Assembly (NCBI GenBank): GCA_001798595.1
Contig: MGSS01000114.1
Coordinates: forward strand, 2,034 to 66,033
Length of the DNA stretch: 64,000 bases
Direction of reading: 5' to 3'
From: Deltaproteobacteria bacterium RIFCSPLOWO2_12_FULL_60_19
GTDB taxonomy: Bacteria; Desulfobacterota; Binatia; UBA9968
The notes beneath the pieces were generated by a model. It did no database searches, was not told the origin of the DNA, and was given only the letters and a program-made list of their open reading frames with translations. The translations under genes were made by a program, and so were the position numbers. Each line of letters opens with the position of its first letter. Position 1 is the first letter of the stretch. Positions 49,825 to 60,413 of the stretch are shown here, one piece after another.

Positions 49825-50017
49825 GGAGCTGCGCGAGCTGGGGAAGGACGAGCTGGCGCAGAAGCGCGCCGAACTCAAAGAGGAGATTTTTCATCTCAGG
49901 CTCAGGCGGGCCACAGGTAGGTTGGAGGCCCCGATGAAACTGAGGCAAAACAGGCGGGAGTTGGCCCGGGTCGAGACCATCATGCGGGAGCGGGAGCTTA
50001 AGGGGGCGGAAGGCTAA
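49814..50017 (+). CDS. rpmC: 50S ribosomal protein L29
   Basis: 67 aa; position and coiled-coil-like sequence. Confidence 0.9.
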   Translation: MPVKELRELGKDELAQKRAELKEEIFHLRLRRATGRLEAPMKLRQNRRELARVETIMRERELKGAEG

Positions 50018-50018
50018 G

Positions 50019-50324
50019 ATGAATCCACGAGGCATGCGCAAAGAGCGCCAAGGCGTGGTGCTGAGCAACCGGATGCAGAAGACCGTCGTGATCGCGGTGG
50101 AACGGATCGTGCTGCACCCGAAATATAAAAAATATCTCAAGCGGCGCACGAAGCTGAAGGCCCACGACGAAAACAATGCTTGCCAGGTGGGGGATCGGGT
50201 ATCGATCGTCGAGTCGCGTCCGCTAAGCCGCGAGAAACGCTGGCGGGTCAGCAAGATTCTCGAGCGGGCGGTGGCGACGGAAGGCGTCGAGCCGGGCTCG
50301 CCGGGCGCGCCTGTTTCGGCTTAA
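50019..50324 (+). CDS. rpsQ: 30S ribosomal protein S17
   Basis: 101 aa; G.V.S..M.KT.VV.VER...HPKY.K. motif. Confidence 0.93.
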   Translation: MNPRGMRKERQGVVLSNRMQKTVVIAVERIVLHPKYKKYLKRRTKLKAHDENNACQVGDRVSIVESRPLSREKRWRVSKILERAVATEGVEPGSPGAPVSA

Positions 50325-50347
50325 ACATTGGGGGTTGAGGTCGGCGT

Positions 50348-50716
50348 ATGATTCAGATGCGGACGGTTTTGGATGTCGCGGACAACTCGGGGGCGCGCAA
50401 GGTCCAGTGCATCAAAGTTCTCGGCGGCAGCAAGCGGAGATATGCCTCCGTGGGCGACGTGATCGTGGTCTCGGTCAAGGAGGCGATCCCCAACGCGAAG
50501 GTCAAGAAGGGGGAAGTGGCCAAGGCGGTGGTGGTGCGGACGGCCAAGGAGCTGGGGCGGCCCGACGGGAGTTATATCCGTTTCGACGTGAACTCGGCGG
50601 TGTTGATCGATAACCAGCGGGAGCCGATCGGGACGCGGATTTTCGGACCGGTGGCGCGCGAGCTGCGCGGGAAGAAATTCATGAAGATCATCTCGCTGGC
50701 GCCTGAGGTGCTTTGA
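50348..50716 (+). CDS. rplN: 50S ribosomal protein L14
   Basis: 122 aa; [16 protein letters not shown]. Confidence 0.97.
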   Translation: MIQMRTVLDVADNSGARKVQCIKVLGGSKRRYASVGDVIVVSVKEAIPNAKVKKGEVAKAVVVRTAKELGRPDGSYIRFDVNSAVLIDNQREPIGTRIFGPVARELRGKKFMKIISLAPEVL

Positions 50717-50781
50717 AATTTTAGATTTTGGATTGCCGATTTTAGATTGAATCGAAAATCAAAAATCTAAAATCGAAAATG
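50717..50781. repeat. AT-rich palindromic intergenic repeat, family B copy 2 (between rplN and rplX)
   Basis: aATTTTAGATTTTGGATTGCCGATTTTagattgaatcgaaaatcAAAAATCTAAAATcgaaaatggg. The first 27 nt are identical to copy 1. Confidence 0.7.
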
Positions 50782-50786
50782 GGAAG

Positions 50787-51098
50787 ATGCATATTCGGAA
50801 AAACGACAGTGTGATGGTGGTCACCGGCAGGGAGCGGGGCAAGACGGGCAAGGTCCTGCGGGTGATGCCCGATCGAGACGCGGCCATCATCGAGCGCGTC
50901 AACCTGGTGAAGCGCCATGCCAAGGCGCGCGGCCCGCAGCAGCCCGGCGGCATCGTGGAGAAAGAGGCGCCGATGCGCCTCTCCAACATCATGCTGATGT
51001 GCGACAAGTGCAACGCGCCGGTCAGGGTCGGGAGAAAAGTCATGGCCGATGGCGACAAGGCGCGTGTCTGCCGGCGCTGCGGGGATCCTATAGATTAG
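50787..51098 (+). CDS. rplX: 50S ribosomal protein L24
   Basis: 103 aa; KOW motif; position. Confidence 0.93.
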   Translation: MHIRKNDSVMVVTGRERGKTGKVLRVMPDRDAAIIERVNLVKRHAKARGPQQPGGIVEKEAPMRLSNIMLMCDKCNAPVRVGRKVMADGDKARVCRRCGDPID

Positions 51099-51134
51099 TC
51101 CCGAGTTTTCAGTCTCGGGCTTCGAGTGTTGACG

Positions 51135-51698
51135 ATGGCGGTTAAAGCAGAAACCAAGATAACGCGGCTCAGGAAGAAATATCAGGAGGAGATCGTCCCT
51201 CTGATGATGAAGGAGTTCGGCTACGGCAATCCGCTTCAGGTGCCGCGTCTGGAAAAGATTACCTTGAACATGTGCCTGAACGAGGCGCGGGAAAACGTCA
51301 AGGTTCTTGACGCCGCCGTCGCCGAGATCGCCTCGATCACGGGCCAAAGGCCGGTGATCACCCGCGCGAAAAAAGCCATTGCGAATTTCAAGTTGCGCGA
51401 AGGCGTGCCCATCGGCTGCATGGTGACGCTCAGGCGCGAGCGCATGTACGAATTTCTGGACCGGTTGATCCACGCGGCGTTGCCGCGAGTGAGGGATTTC
51501 AAGGGAATTCCCGACCGGGCCTTCGACGGCCGCGGCAACTATTCTCTGGGGCTGCGCGAGCAGATTATCTTTCCCGAGATCCAGGTCGACAAGGTGGACA
51601 AGCCCCACGGCCTCACGGTGTCGATCGTTACCACGGCGAAATCCGACCAGGAAGGGAAGGCGCTGCTCAAGCTCTTGGGCATGCCGTTTGCGGGTTAG
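51135..51698 (+). CDS. rplE: 50S ribosomal protein L5
   Basis: The track ORF begins at GTG 51126; ATG 51135 is preferred. Ends ...[13 protein letters not shown]. Confidence 0.93.
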   Translation: MAVKAETKITRLRKKYQEEIVPLMMKEFGYGNPLQVPRLEKITLNMCLNEARENVKVLDAAVAEIASITGQRPVITRAKKAIANFKLREGVPIGCMVTLRRERMYEFLDRLIHAALPRVRDFKGIPDRAFDGRGNYSLGLREQIIFPEIQVDKVDKPHGLTVSIVTTAKSDQEGKALLKLLGMPFAG

Positions 51699-51709
51699 GG
51701 AGGGAGCCA

Positions 51710-51895
51710 TTGGCTAAGACGTGTCTCAGGGTGAAGGCCGAACGGCCCGGCAAGTTTAAGGTAAGGCAGTACAACCGCTGCCCGCTCTGCGGGCGGGCGC
51801 GCGCTTTTTATCGTCGTTTTCGGATGTGTCGAATCTGCCTGCGCGACAATGCGCGCAAGGGCCAGATTCCCGGACTGATCAAAGCAAGCTGGTAG
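51710..51895 (+). CDS. rpsN: 30S ribosomal protein S14, zinc-binding type Z
   Basis: 61 aa with the C..C....C..C zinc cluster (CPLCGR...CRIC). Confidence 0.93.
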   Translation: MAKTCLRVKAERPGKFKVRQYNRCPLCGRARAFYRRFRMCRICLRDNARKGQIPGLIKASW

Positions 51896-51913
51896 CTGGT
51901 TGGGAGAGAGAAG

Positions 51914-52318
51914 ATGGCAATGACCGATCCGATCGCCGATATGCTGACCCGCATCCGCAATGCGGCCCGCGCCGGGCATGAAAGCCTGGAGATGCCCGCT
52001 TCGCGCGTTAAAGAGGCGATCCTGAAGGTGTTGGTTGCGGAAGGCTACCTGCAAGATTTCAAAAGGGTGAAAGCCAAGGACCGAGGGGGCGAGGCGCTGC
52101 GCGTGCAACTGAGATTCGACAAAGCCCGCAAACCGATCATGGCCGGGCTGCGCCGCATCAGCCGCCCGGGCCGGCGGGTCTATGTGGGCATCGAGCAGAT
52201 ACCGCCGCTGCGCGCGGGGCTGGGAGTCCACATTCTCTCGACCTGCAAAGGCATTTTGGCGGATCGCGATGCCAAAAAGAAAAAGGTCGGCGGAGAAATC
52301 ATCTGCTCGGTCTGGTAG
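51914..52318 (+). CDS. rpsH: 30S ribosomal protein S8
   Basis: 134 aa; MTDPIADMLTRIRNA. Confidence 0.96.
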   Translation: MAMTDPIADMLTRIRNAARAGHESLEMPASRVKEAILKVLVAEGYLQDFKRVKAKDRGGEALRVQLRFDKARKPIMAGLRRISRPGRRVYVGIEQIPPLRAGLGVHILSTCKGILADRDAKKKKVGGEIICSVW

Positions 52319-52335
52319 CGGAATAGGAGAGAAAC

Positions 52336-52887
52336 GTGTCGCGCATCGGACGGTTGCCTATATCGATTCCTGCGGGAGTCAAAGTCGCCCTGGAAGACCA
52401 TGGAGTCCGCGCGGAGGGACCAAAGGGAAAGCTTCGCACGGAACTCCCGCGTGGAATCCAGGTCGCGGTGGCAGCGAACATCATCAACGTCACACGCGAG
52501 GCCGAGGACAGGAAGAGCAAGGCGCTGCACGGGCTGACGCGCAAACTGGTCGCCAATATGGTCGAGGGTGTCAGCCGCGGCTTTACGCGTGTGCTGGATA
52601 TCAACGGCGTCGGTTACCGAGCGGAAGTCAAAGGGACCGAGCTGCATATGACGTTGGGCTATTCGCATCCTATAGTGTTTCCCTTGCCGGCGGGAGTGAC
52701 GGCCTCGGTGGAGCGTCAGATCATTATTACGCTCACCAGCGCCGACCGGCGGGTGCTGGGAGAGACGGCAGCCGCGATCAGGGGCTTTAGGCCGCCGGAA
52801 CCCTACAAAGGGAAAGGGGTCAAATACCGCGAGGAAGTTATTAAACGGAAAGCTGGAAAAGCGGTCGGCGCTGCGAGCTCCGGCTAA
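52336..52887 (+). CDS. rplF: 50S ribosomal protein L6
   Basis: 183 aa; MSRIGRLPI.IP.GV. Confidence 0.95.
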   Translation: MSRIGRLPISIPAGVKVALEDHGVRAEGPKGKLRTELPRGIQVAVAANIINVTREAEDRKSKALHGLTRKLVANMVEGVSRGFTRVLDINGVGYRAEVKGTELHMTLGYSHPIVFPLPAGVTASVERQIIITLTSADRRVLGETAAAIRGFRPPEPYKGKGVKYREEVIKRKAGKAVGAASSG

Positions 52888-52907
52888 ATAGTCGCGAAGG
52901 TCGAGAG

Positions 52908-53276
52908 ATGTTGGACAATCAGAGACAAAGCGCGCGCAAAGCGCGGCAGCAGCGCGTGCGCAAGAAAGTCCGCGGGTCGAACACGCTGCCCAGGGTCTGC
53001 GTCTATCGGAGCCTCAAGCATATCTACGCCCAGATCATATCGGACGATAAGGGCGTGACCCTGGCTTCGGTTTCGACTCTTTCCCCGAATATCAAGAGCG
53101 GCAAGCTCAAGAGCGCCAAGTCGGTGGACGCGGCGAAGCAGGTGGGGCAGGCGCTCGCTCAGGCATGCAGGGAGAAAAATATTTCTCGCGTCGTTTTCGA
53201 CCGCAATGGATTTATGTTTCATGGGCGCGTCAAGGCTTTAGCGGATGCGTTGCGCGAAGGCGGCATTAAATTTTAG
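52908..53276 (+). CDS. rplR: 50S ribosomal protein L18
   Basis: 122 aa; RL.VYRS.KHIYAQIIDD. Confidence 0.94.
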   Translation: MLDNQRQSARKARQQRVRKKVRGSNTLPRVCVYRSLKHIYAQIISDDKGVTLASVSTLSPNIKSGKLKSAKSVDAAKQVGQALAQACREKNISRVVFDRNGFMFHGRVKALADALREGGIKF

Positions 53277-53348
53277 GACTGAGTAACGAGCACCGAGGGA
53301 TGGGTACTTGACTTAGCGCTCACTCCTCATCGCTCAGCGCTGGAGAAT

Positions 53349-53846
53349 ATGGAAAGAATCGATCCACAGGGACTGGAGCTGAAAGAAAAGGTCGTGCACA
53401 TCAGCCGCGTGGCTAAGGTGGTCAAGGGCGGCCGTCGCTTTAGCTTCAACGCCCTGGTCGTAGTGGGCGATGGCCGGTCGCTGGTGGGCTATGGCATGGG
53501 CAAAGCGAAAGAGGTTCCCGAAGCGATCCGCAAGGGACTGGAACAGGCCAAGAAGAGTTTGATCAGAGTTCCAATCATTGCCGGAACGATCCCTTTTGAA
53601 GTGACCGGGCGCTACGGCGCCGGACATGTGATGTTGAAGCCCGCCTCCGACGGCACCGGCGTGATTGCGGGCGGAGGCGTGCGCGCGGTTGTAGAGGCGG
53701 CCGGAATCCAGAACGTTCTCACGAAATGCATCGGCTCCACCAATCCGCACAACAGCGTGAAGGCGGCGTTCGAAGCGTTGAGAGATCTCAAGTTTCCCGA
53801 GGAAGTCGCCGCGCGAAGAGGAAAGCCGCTGGAGGAGATCCGATAA
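53349..53846 (+). CDS. rpsE: 30S ribosomal protein S5
   Basis: 165 aa; [32 protein letters not shown]. Confidence 0.96.
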   Translation: MERIDPQGLELKEKVVHISRVAKVVKGGRRFSFNALVVVGDGRSLVGYGMGKAKEVPEAIRKGLEQAKKSLIRVPIIAGTIPFEVTGRYGAGHVMLKPASDGTGVIAGGGVRAVVEAAGIQNVLTKCIGSTNPHNSVKAAFEALRDLKFPEEVAARRGKPLEEIR

Positions 53847-53851
53847 GAGCT

Positions 53852-54304
53852 ATGGACCTGAGCAATTTACATCCCGCGCCGGGATCGACCAAAAAGCGCA
53901 AGCGAGTGGGACGCGGGCCCGGCTCGGGCCACGGCAAGACGTCGTGCCGCGGCCACAAGGGCCAGGGGGCGCGCTCCGGGGGCGGCACCCGGCCCGGCTT
54001 TGAAGGCGGGCAGATGCCGCTGCGACGCCGCGTTCCCAAGCGGGGATTTCACAACCCGTCGCAGAACAAGCCGGCGGTGGTGAATCTCGGGCAGCTGGAG
54101 GTTTTCGACTCGGGAAGCGAAGTGACGCCGGATATCTTACTGGCGCGCGGTTTCATTGCCGGGAAGGGCCGCGCCGTAAAAATTTTGGCGGAAGGCTCGT
54201 TGAGCAAGTCCCTGACGGTCAAAGCCCATGCTTTTTCCTCGAAGGCCAAAGAGAGACTGGAATCCTTAGGGGGCAAGGCGGAGTTGATCACAGCCCATGA
54301 TTGA
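53852..54304 (+). CDS. rplO: 50S ribosomal protein L15 (no L30 gene between rpsE and rplO)
   Basis: Track frame 53726..54304; ATG 53852 ([30 protein letters not shown]) lies 6 nt after the rpsE stop. Confidence 0.93.
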   Translation: MDLSNLHPAPGSTKKRKRVGRGPGSGHGKTSCRGHKGQGARSGGGTRPGFEGGQMPLRRRVPKRGFHNPSQNKPAVVNLGQLEVFDSGSEVTPDILLARGFIAGKGRAVKILAEGSLSKSLTVKAHAFSSKAKERLESLGGKAELITAHD

Positions 54305-55607
54305 AGGCTTTCAAAATGCGAGCAAGATTCCCGAGCTCAGGCGCAGGGTATTTTTCACCCTGTCCATGCTCGTGGTCTATCGCGTGGGAGTCCACATTCC
54401 GACGCCCGGCATCGATCGGGTAGCGCTGGCGTCGTTTTTCGACCGCGTCAAAGACACGATCTTCGGCCTGTTTAACCTGTTCTCCGGCGGCGCGTTGGAG
54501 CAGTTCTCGGTTTTTTCTCTGGGCATCATGCCCTACATCAGCGCGTCTATCATTTTGCAGCTGCTCACGGTGGTCTTTCCGTACCTTGAGCGGTTGTCCA
54601 AGGAGGGCGAAGCGGGGCGCAGGAAGATCACGCAGTACACGCGCTACGGCACCATCGTTCTGTCGATCGTTCAAGGGCTGATGATCGCCATGGGAATGGA
54701 AGGAACCCGCGGCGGGGGCGGGGAGGCGATCGTGCTCGATCCCGGCTGGCGTTTTCGCATCATGACCGTCATCACGCTCACTTCCGGCACGGCGTTCATC
54801 ATGTGGCTGGGAGAGCAGATCACGGAGCGCGGCATCGGCAACGGCATTTCGCTGATTATTTTCGCCGGGATTGTGGCGCGTCTCCCGTCGGCCATCACCT
54901 CAACGTTTCAGTTTGTCCAGGAAGGGGAGCTGAGAATTTTCGTCGTTCTGTTCGTGCTGCTGATCGTGATCGCCTCAGTCGGCGCGGTCATCTTCATGGA
55001 GCGGGGGCAGAGGCGGATCCCGGTCCAGTACGCGAAAAGAGTCGTCGGGCGCAAGATGTACGGCGGGCAAAGCTCGCACCTGCCGCTGAAGATCAACACT
55101 TCGGGCGTGATCCCTCCGATATTCGCCTCGTCGATTTTGATCTTTCCCGCTACGCTGGCGCAATTCGTGCAACATCCCTGGGCGCAATCCCTCGCGAGTT
55201 ATCTCGCGCCGGGCCGGTGGCTGCACGACGCGCTCTACGTCGGATTCATCATTTTCTTCTGTTACTTTTACACGGCCGTGGTGTTCAACCCCGCCGACGT
55301 GTCGGAGAACATGAAAAAGTTCGGCGGCTATATTCCCGGGATCAGGCCCGGACAAAAAACGGCCGAGTTCATCGACCGGGTGCTCTCCAGGGTGACTCTC
55401 GGCGGCGCGCTTTACCTCTCGGCGGTGGCGCTGTTGCCGACGCTGCTCATCGGCCAGTTTAACGTTCCGTTTTTTTTCGGGGGCACGGCGCTGCTGATTG
55501 TCGTGGGCGTGGCTTTGGACACCGTGGCGCAAGTTGAGACTCACATGATCAGCCGAAACTACGAGGGTTTTATGCGCGGCGGCCGTCTCAGAGGGCGAAG
55601 AGGTTAG
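54297..55607 (+). CDS. secY: Preprotein translocase subunit SecY
   Basis: 436 aa, 10 TM helices, conserved SecY motifs ([14 protein letters not shown]). Confidence 0.96.
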   Translation: MIEGFQNASKIPELRRRVFFTLSMLVVYRVGVHIPTPGIDRVALASFFDRVKDTIFGLFNLFSGGALEQFSVFSLGIMPYISASIILQLLTVVFPYLERLSKEGEAGRRKITQYTRYGTIVLSIVQGLMIAMGMEGTRGGGGEAIVLDPGWRFRIMTVITLTSGTAFIMWLGEQITERGIGNGISLIIFAGIVARLPSAITSTFQFVQEGELRIFVVLFVLLIVIASVGAVIFMERGQRRIPVQYAKRVVGRKMYGGQSSHLPLKINTSGVIPPIFASSILIFPATLAQFVQHPWAQSLASYLAPGRWLHDALYVGFIIFFCYFYTAVVFNPADVSENMKKFGGYIPGIRPGQKTAEFIDRVLSRVTLGGALYLSAVALLPTLLIGQFNVPFFFGGTALLIVVGVALDTVAQVETHMISRNYEGFMRGGRLRGRRG

Positions 55608-55609
55608 GG

Positions 55610-56281
55610 TTGGGCAACGAGCGGGTTTTTCGGGTGGTGTTTTTAGGGCCTCCGGGCGCGGGGAAGGGGACTCAAGCGAGGCTCTTGGAAGAAGGGATCG
55701 GCGCTTGCCGCCTGTCGACCGGAGATATCCTGCGCCAGGCGGTTGAAGAGCAGACGCCGCTCGGGAAAGAGGCGGCGGATTATCTCCACCAGGGACAGCT
55801 GGTGCCCGATGAGATGATGCTGAAGCTGATCGGCGAGCGGCTCAGCCAGGCCGATTGCCGGAGCAGTTTCATCCTGGACGGGTTTCCCAGGACGGTTGCC
55901 CAGGCGGACGGACTGGAGCGGATACTCAAAGAGCTCGGCTCGGAGTTGGATTTCGTGCTTTGCCTCCGGGTCCCGAATGAGACGATCATTCAACGGCTGG
56001 CAGGCCGGCGGACCTGCAAGGGATGCGGGGCCGTTCACCATGTCGCGTTTAGTCCGCCGGCTCGGGCCGGGCGGTGCGATGGGTGCGGCGGAGAGCTTTA
56101 CCAGCGAGAGGACGATCGCGAGGAGAAGATCGCGGCGCGGCTCAGCGTTTACGAGACGCAGACCACGCCGCTGGCCGAATACTATCGCAAGCGCGGCCTG
56201 CTGAGAGAGATCGACGGCTCCGGGAACATCGAACAGGTGCGCAGTCGGGCTTTCCAGGCGCTGGGGGCGAACGCGGCATGA
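55610..56281 (+). CDS. adk: Adenylate kinase (with zinc-binding lid CxxC...CxxC)
   Basis: P-loop GPPGAGKGTQA; lid CKGCGAVHH...CDGCGGEL. The start is ambiguous: TTG 55610 per the track, with GTG 55634/55637 as alternatives. Confidence 0.9.
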   Translation: MGNERVFRVVFLGPPGAGKGTQARLLEEGIGACRLSTGDILRQAVEEQTPLGKEAADYLHQGQLVPDEMMLKLIGERLSQADCRSSFILDGFPRTVAQADGLERILKELGSELDFVLCLRVPNETIIQRLAGRRTCKGCGAVHHVAFSPPARAGRCDGCGGELYQREDDREEKIAARLSVYETQTTPLAEYYRKRGLLREIDGSGNIEQVRSRAFQALGANAA

Positions 56282-57036
56282 TCACTCTCAAATCGGCGCG
56301 CGAAATCGAAGTGCTGAGAAGAGCGAATGTGATCGTGGCGGAGATTCTGGAGGAGCTTAAAAAAAAAGTGGCCCCGGGGGTCACGACGCTGGAGTTGGAC
56401 TCCCTGGCGGAGGAGCTGACCTATAAGAAGAAGGCGCTGCCCGCGTTCAAGGGTTACCAGATGGCCGGGCGGGTTTATCCCGGATCGCTCTGCGTCTCGG
56501 TCAACGACGAGATCGTCCACGGCATTCCGGGCGAGCGAGCGCTGAAAGATGGGGATGTGGTCGGGCTCGATTTCGGCGTGATCTATGAAGGTTTCTACGG
56601 CGATTCGGCGTTCACCGTCGGTGTCGGCCAAGTGAGCGAAGAGGCGGCGCGTCTCATGCGGGTGACCGAGCAGTCGCTCTATCGCGGGATCGAGCAGCTG
56701 GTCGAGGGAAAACGGCTCGGAGATCTTTCGTCGGTGGTTCAAAAGACGGTCGAAGAGGCCGGATTTTCCGTGGTCCGCGCGTTCGTCGGGCACGGCATCG
56801 GCAAGCGGCTGCACGAAGACCCGCCGGTGCCCAACTACGGCGAGCCGGATCGAGGCCTTCGCATAAGAGAAGGGATGGTCCTGGCCATCGAGCCGATGGT
56901 CAACGCCGGCGGCTGGGACGTGAAGATGAAAGAGGACGGCTGGACCGCCGTCACCGCGGACGGGAGCTTGTCGGCTCACTTCGAGCATTCCGTGGCGATT
57001 ACCAAAAACGGTCCGTACGTTTTGAGCAAGCTTTAA
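56278..57036 (+). CDS. map: Type I methionine aminopeptidase
   Basis: Track frame 56074..57036. ATG 56278 (MITLKSAREIEVLRRAN) overlaps the adk stop. Metal ligands lie in VGHGIG and HFEH. Confidence 0.93.
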   Translation: MITLKSAREIEVLRRANVIVAEILEELKKKVAPGVTTLELDSLAEELTYKKKALPAFKGYQMAGRVYPGSLCVSVNDEIVHGIPGERALKDGDVVGLDFGVIYEGFYGDSAFTVGVGQVSEEAARLMRVTEQSLYRGIEQLVEGKRLGDLSSVVQKTVEEAGFSVVRAFVGHGIGKRLHEDPPVPNYGEPDRGLRIREGMVLAIEPMVNAGGWDVKMKEDGWTAVTADGSLSAHFEHSVAITKNGPYVLSKL

Positions 57037-57200
57037 CGGAAGGACTGCCGATCCTTCGACTGGCCTGTCCTGAGCAAACCAGTCGCATCCTTCGACAAGC
57101 TCAGGACGAACGGCTGGTTTGTCGAAGGGCTCAGGACGGTGGGCAGAGTCGAACCGTTTTCGGTTTGAGTAACGGCCGGCGAACAAACGAGTGACGGGAC

Positions 57201-57419
57201 ATGCCTAAGGGAGATTCGATCGAGGTGACCGGAATGGTGTTGGAGACATTGCCCAACGCCATGTTTCGCGTGGCGCTCGACAACGGCCACAAGGTCCTGG
57301 CGCACATCTCAGGCAAGATGCGCATGCACTACATCAAGATCCTCCCGGGGGACAAAGTGCGGATCGAGCTGTCGCCTTACGACCTGGGCCGCGGGAGGAT
57401 CACGTACCGTGAAAAATAG
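57201..57419 (+). CDS. infA: Translation initiation factor IF-1
   Basis: 72 aa with an S1-like OB fold; [23 protein letters not shown]. Confidence 0.96.
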   Translation: MPKGDSIEVTGMVLETLPNAMFRVALDNGHKVLAHISGKMRMHYIKILPGDKVRIELSPYDLGRGRITYREK

Positions 57420-57440
57420 GGCCGGGGAGAGAGACCAGAA

Positions 57441-57554
57441 ATGAAGGTTCGAGCATCGGTTAAAAAGATCTGCAACAAATGCAAAGTGATCCGGCGCAAG
57501 GGAGTCGTGCGGGTGGTTTGCGAGAACATCAGGCACAAACAGAGGCAAGGCTGA
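57441..57554 (+). CDS. rpmJ: 50S ribosomal protein L36
   Basis: Hand-called 37-aa ORF: [37 protein letters not shown]. Confidence 0.9.
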   Translation: MKVRASVKKICNKCKVIRRKGVVRVVCENIRHKQRQG

Positions 57555-57652
57555 ACAATTTTAGATTTTCGATTTCCGCCAGAGGCGGATCCGCCAAAGC
57601 TTTGTGGCGGAGCCGATCTGATTTTAGATTGGAATCAAAAATCGAAAATTGG
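57555..57652. repeat. AT-rich palindromic intergenic repeat, family B copy 3, with internal GC-rich hairpin insert (between rpmJ and rpsM)
   Basis: caATTTTAGATTTTcGATTTccgccagaggcggatccgccaaagctttgtggcggagccgatctGATTTTAGATTGgaatcaaaaatcgaaaattgg. The terminal A/T arms match copies 1 and 2. The centre carries two GC stems (ccgcc...ggcgg). Confidence 0.65.
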
Positions 57653-57681
57653 CGGGGTTCAGGGGATAAAGGGGTGAAGGT

Positions 57682-58065
57682 ATGGCGAGAATAGCCGGAG
57701 TGGATCTGCCCAGGAACAAGCGGATGGAGGTCGCGCTAACCTACATCTACGGCATCGGCCGGAGCGCTTCGAGAAAGATTCTCCAGACGGCGGGCGTGCC
57801 GTTCGATATGAGGAGCGACAACCTGGGCGATGACGAGGTGGTGAAGATTCGGCAGCTCATCGACCAGGGATATAGGGTCGAAGGGGATCTGCGCCGCGAC
57901 GTCTCCGCCAATATCAAGCGCCACATCGATATCGGGTCGTATCGGGGGCTGCGGCACCGCAAGGGCTTGCCCGTGCGGGGACAACGGACCCACACCAACG
58001 CGCGCACCCGCAAGGGGCCGCGCAAAACAGTGGCGGGGAAGAAGACGGCACCGTCGAAGGGATAG
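57682..58065 (+). CDS. rpsM: 30S ribosomal protein S13
   Basis: 127 aa; [14 protein letters not shown]. Confidence 0.96.
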   Translation: MARIAGVDLPRNKRMEVALTYIYGIGRSASRKILQTAGVPFDMRSDNLGDDEVVKIRQLIDQGYRVEGDLRRDVSANIKRHIDIGSYRGLRHRKGLPVRGQRTHTNARTRKGPRKTVAGKKTAPSKG

Positions 58066-58133
58066 CGAGGCGCATGATGCAAGATGCGGGATGCGAGATC
58101 CAAGATGCCTGCGGGCTTTGAAGGAGTAAGCTG

Positions 58134-58598
58134 ATGGCGAAAGGCGACGAAGTAGCTGAGGAGAAAGAGAAGAAGGCGTCGGCGCGCCCGGAGGAAAAAG
58201 CCGGCGAGAAGGCCGGCGAAAAGGCGGCGCGAAAGAAAAAGAGCCGCAAGAACGTCTCCGAGGGCGTGGTCCACATTCATTCGACCTTTAACAACACGAT
58301 TGTGACGATCACCGACTATCAGGGCAATGTGATTTCCTGGTCGAGCGCCGGAACCGTGGGCTTCAAAGGCTCGCGCAAGGGGACTCCGTTTGCGGCGCAA
58401 CAGGCGGCCGAGAACGCCGCCAAAAAAGCGATGGACCACGGGCTGCGGAGCGTCCAGGTCTTTGTTCGCGGCCCGGGGGCGGGAAGAGAGTCGGCTCTGC
58501 GCTCGCTCCAGTCCGCCGGGGTCCATGTGAGTCTGATCAAGGACGTTACCCCGATTCCCCATAACGGATGCCGTCCGCCGAAACGGAGGAGAGTGTAA
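58134..58598 (+). CDS. rpsK: 30S ribosomal protein S11 with ~25-aa charged N-terminal extension
   Basis: The core ([17 protein letters not shown]...) is canonical. The N-terminus is [40 protein letters not shown]. Confidence 0.93.
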   Translation: MAKGDEVAEEKEKKASARPEEKAGEKAGEKAARKKKSRKNVSEGVVHIHSTFNNTIVTITDYQGNVISWSSAGTVGFKGSRKGTPFAAQQAAENAAKKAMDHGLRSVQVFVRGPGAGRESALRSLQSAGVHVSLIKDVTPIPHNGCRPPKRRRV

Positions 58599-58619
58599 TG
58601 AAAAACGGAGGCGAAGACC

Positions 58620-59246
58620 TTGGCTAGGTATTCTGGATCGGTATGCCGGCTTTGTCGGCGCGAGAACTTGAAGCTGTTTCTCAAGGGCGAGCGCTGCTAC
58701 ACGGATAAGTGCGCCATCGAGCGCCGCAACTATCCTCCCGGACAACACGGGCAGGGGCGGCCGAAATTTTCCGAATACAGCGTCCAGCTGCGCGAAAAGC
58801 AGAAGGTCAAGCGGATGTACGGCCTGTTGGAAAAGCAATTCCGCCGCACCTTCGAACTGGCCGAACGGGTGAAAGGGATCACGGGAGAGGCGCTGCTTGT
58901 GTTGTTGGAACGGCGACTCGACAACGTAACGTACCGGCTCGGTTTTGCCAGCTCCAGGGCCGACGCGCGGATGCTGGTGCGCCACGGCCACATCGTGGTC
59001 AACGGCAAGCGCGTGACGATTCCTTCATACTTCGTCCGTCCCGGCGATGTCGTCACGGTGAAAGATCAGAGCCGCAAGCTGGATCGCGTGGTCGCCGCCC
59101 TGGAAGGGGCGCAGCGGCGCGGGGTGCCGGAGTGGGTGGAGCTGGACCGGGAAAGCGTCAGCGGCAAAATCAAATATCTCCCCGCGAGGGGCGACATTAC
59201 AGCGCCGATCAACGAGAAGCTGATCGTCGAGCTGTATTCAAAGTAA
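58620..59246 (+). CDS. rpsD: 30S ribosomal protein S4
   Basis: 208 aa; [15 protein letters not shown]. Confidence 0.96.
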   Translation: MARYSGSVCRLCRRENLKLFLKGERCYTDKCAIERRNYPPGQHGQGRPKFSEYSVQLREKQKVKRMYGLLEKQFRRTFELAERVKGITGEALLVLLERRLDNVTYRLGFASSRADARMLVRHGHIVVNGKRVTIPSYFVRPGDVVTVKDQSRKLDRVVAALEGAQRRGVPEWVELDRESVSGKIKYLPARGDITAPINEKLIVELYSK

Positions 59247-59262
59247 ACTTGGGACTGAGGAG

Positions 59263-60288
59263 ATGGCTATGCACAGGCATTGGAATGATTTGATCAAGCC
59301 GAAGCAGCTCGAAGTGGACGACAAAGACCTTACCTCGACTTACGGTAAATTCTATGCCGAGCCTTTCGAGCGAGGCTTCGGCGCGACGGTGGGTAATTCG
59401 CTGAGAAGGATCCTCCTATCCTCGCTCATGGGGTCGGCGATCGTCTCGGTCCGGATCAAGGGAATTCTGCACGAGTTTTCGACGATTCCCGGAGTCACCG
59501 AAGACGTGACCGATATCGTTCTGAACCTCAAGGAAGTCAGGCTCAAGCTCAACGACACCGAGCAGCAGACTCTCAGGATCGAGACCAAAGGGCCCAAAAC
59601 GGTGCAGGCGAAAGACCTCGTGGCCGGCCCGAGCGTCGAGATCCTCAATCCGGAGCAACACATCGCGACTCTCTCGCGCGAGGCCAAGCTCGACATGGAG
59701 CTGGTGGTCAAACTGGGGCGTGGTTACGTGCCGGCGGAGCGGAACAGAGAAGAGGGAGTGCCGGTCGACACGATCTTTATCGACTCGGTTTTTTCTCCTA
59801 TCCGCAAGGTGAACTTCAACGTCACCAACGCGCGCGTCGGGCAGAGAACCGACTACGAACGGCTGGTGTTCGAAGTTTGGACGGACGGCGGGGTGAAGCC
59901 GGACGACGCCGTCGCCTATGCGGCCAAGATATTGCAGGACCAGGTGCAGATGTTTATCAACTTTAACGACGAGCCGCAGCCGAGGAACCGGGACGAATCG
60001 CCGGCGCTCTCGCTCAACGAGAACCTGTTTCGCAGCGTGGACGAGCTGGAGTTTTCGGTCAGGTCGCAGAACTGCCTGCAGAACGCCGATATCAAGTATA
60101 TCGGCGAGCTGGTTCAGCGCTCCGAGCAGGAAATGCTCAAGACCAAAAACTTCGGCCAGAAGTCGCTCAACGAGATCAAAGAAATCCTGCGCGGCATGGG
60201 GCTGGAGTTAGGCATGAAGCTCGACCGCTACCCGGCGCGCGAGGACATTGAGAGCCGTCGGAAAGTAAAAGACAAGGAGACCGCTTAA
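59263..60288 (+). CDS. rpoA: DNA-directed RNA polymerase subunit alpha
   Basis: 341 aa; NTD plus C-terminal domain ([14 protein letters not shown]). Confidence 0.97.
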   Translation: MAMHRHWNDLIKPKQLEVDDKDLTSTYGKFYAEPFERGFGATVGNSLRRILLSSLMGSAIVSVRIKGILHEFSTIPGVTEDVTDIVLNLKEVRLKLNDTEQQTLRIETKGPKTVQAKDLVAGPSVEILNPEQHIATLSREAKLDMELVVKLGRGYVPAERNREEGVPVDTIFIDSVFSPIRKVNFNVTNARVGQRTDYERLVFEVWTDGGVKPDDAVAYAAKILQDQVQMFINFNDEPQPRNRDESPALSLNENLFRSVDELEFSVRSQNCLQNADIKYIGELVQRSEQEMLKTKNFGQKSLNEIKEILRGMGLELGMKLDRYPAREDIESRRKVKDKETA

Positions 60289-60289
60289 A

Positions 60290-60314
60290 GCAAACGCAAA
60301 AATGCGTTTGCTTT
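60290..60314 (+). terminator. Hairpin (9-bp stem GCAAACGCA/TGCGTTTGC, AAAA loop) followed by TTT; weak intrinsic terminator or attenuator after rpoA
   Basis: Seen directly 2 nt after the rpoA stop. Followed by the tandem GGAGCAATGGAGCAATGGAGCAG and its inverted partners (GCTCCATTG x2) at 60315..60400. Confidence 0.45.
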
Positions 60315-60413
60315 GGAGCAATGGAGCAATGGAGCAGATAGAGCGATGAGTTCGACCAAAAAAGCTCCATTGCGGCCTAATGCTCTAATGCTCCATTGAC
60401 GATCGATAAATCT

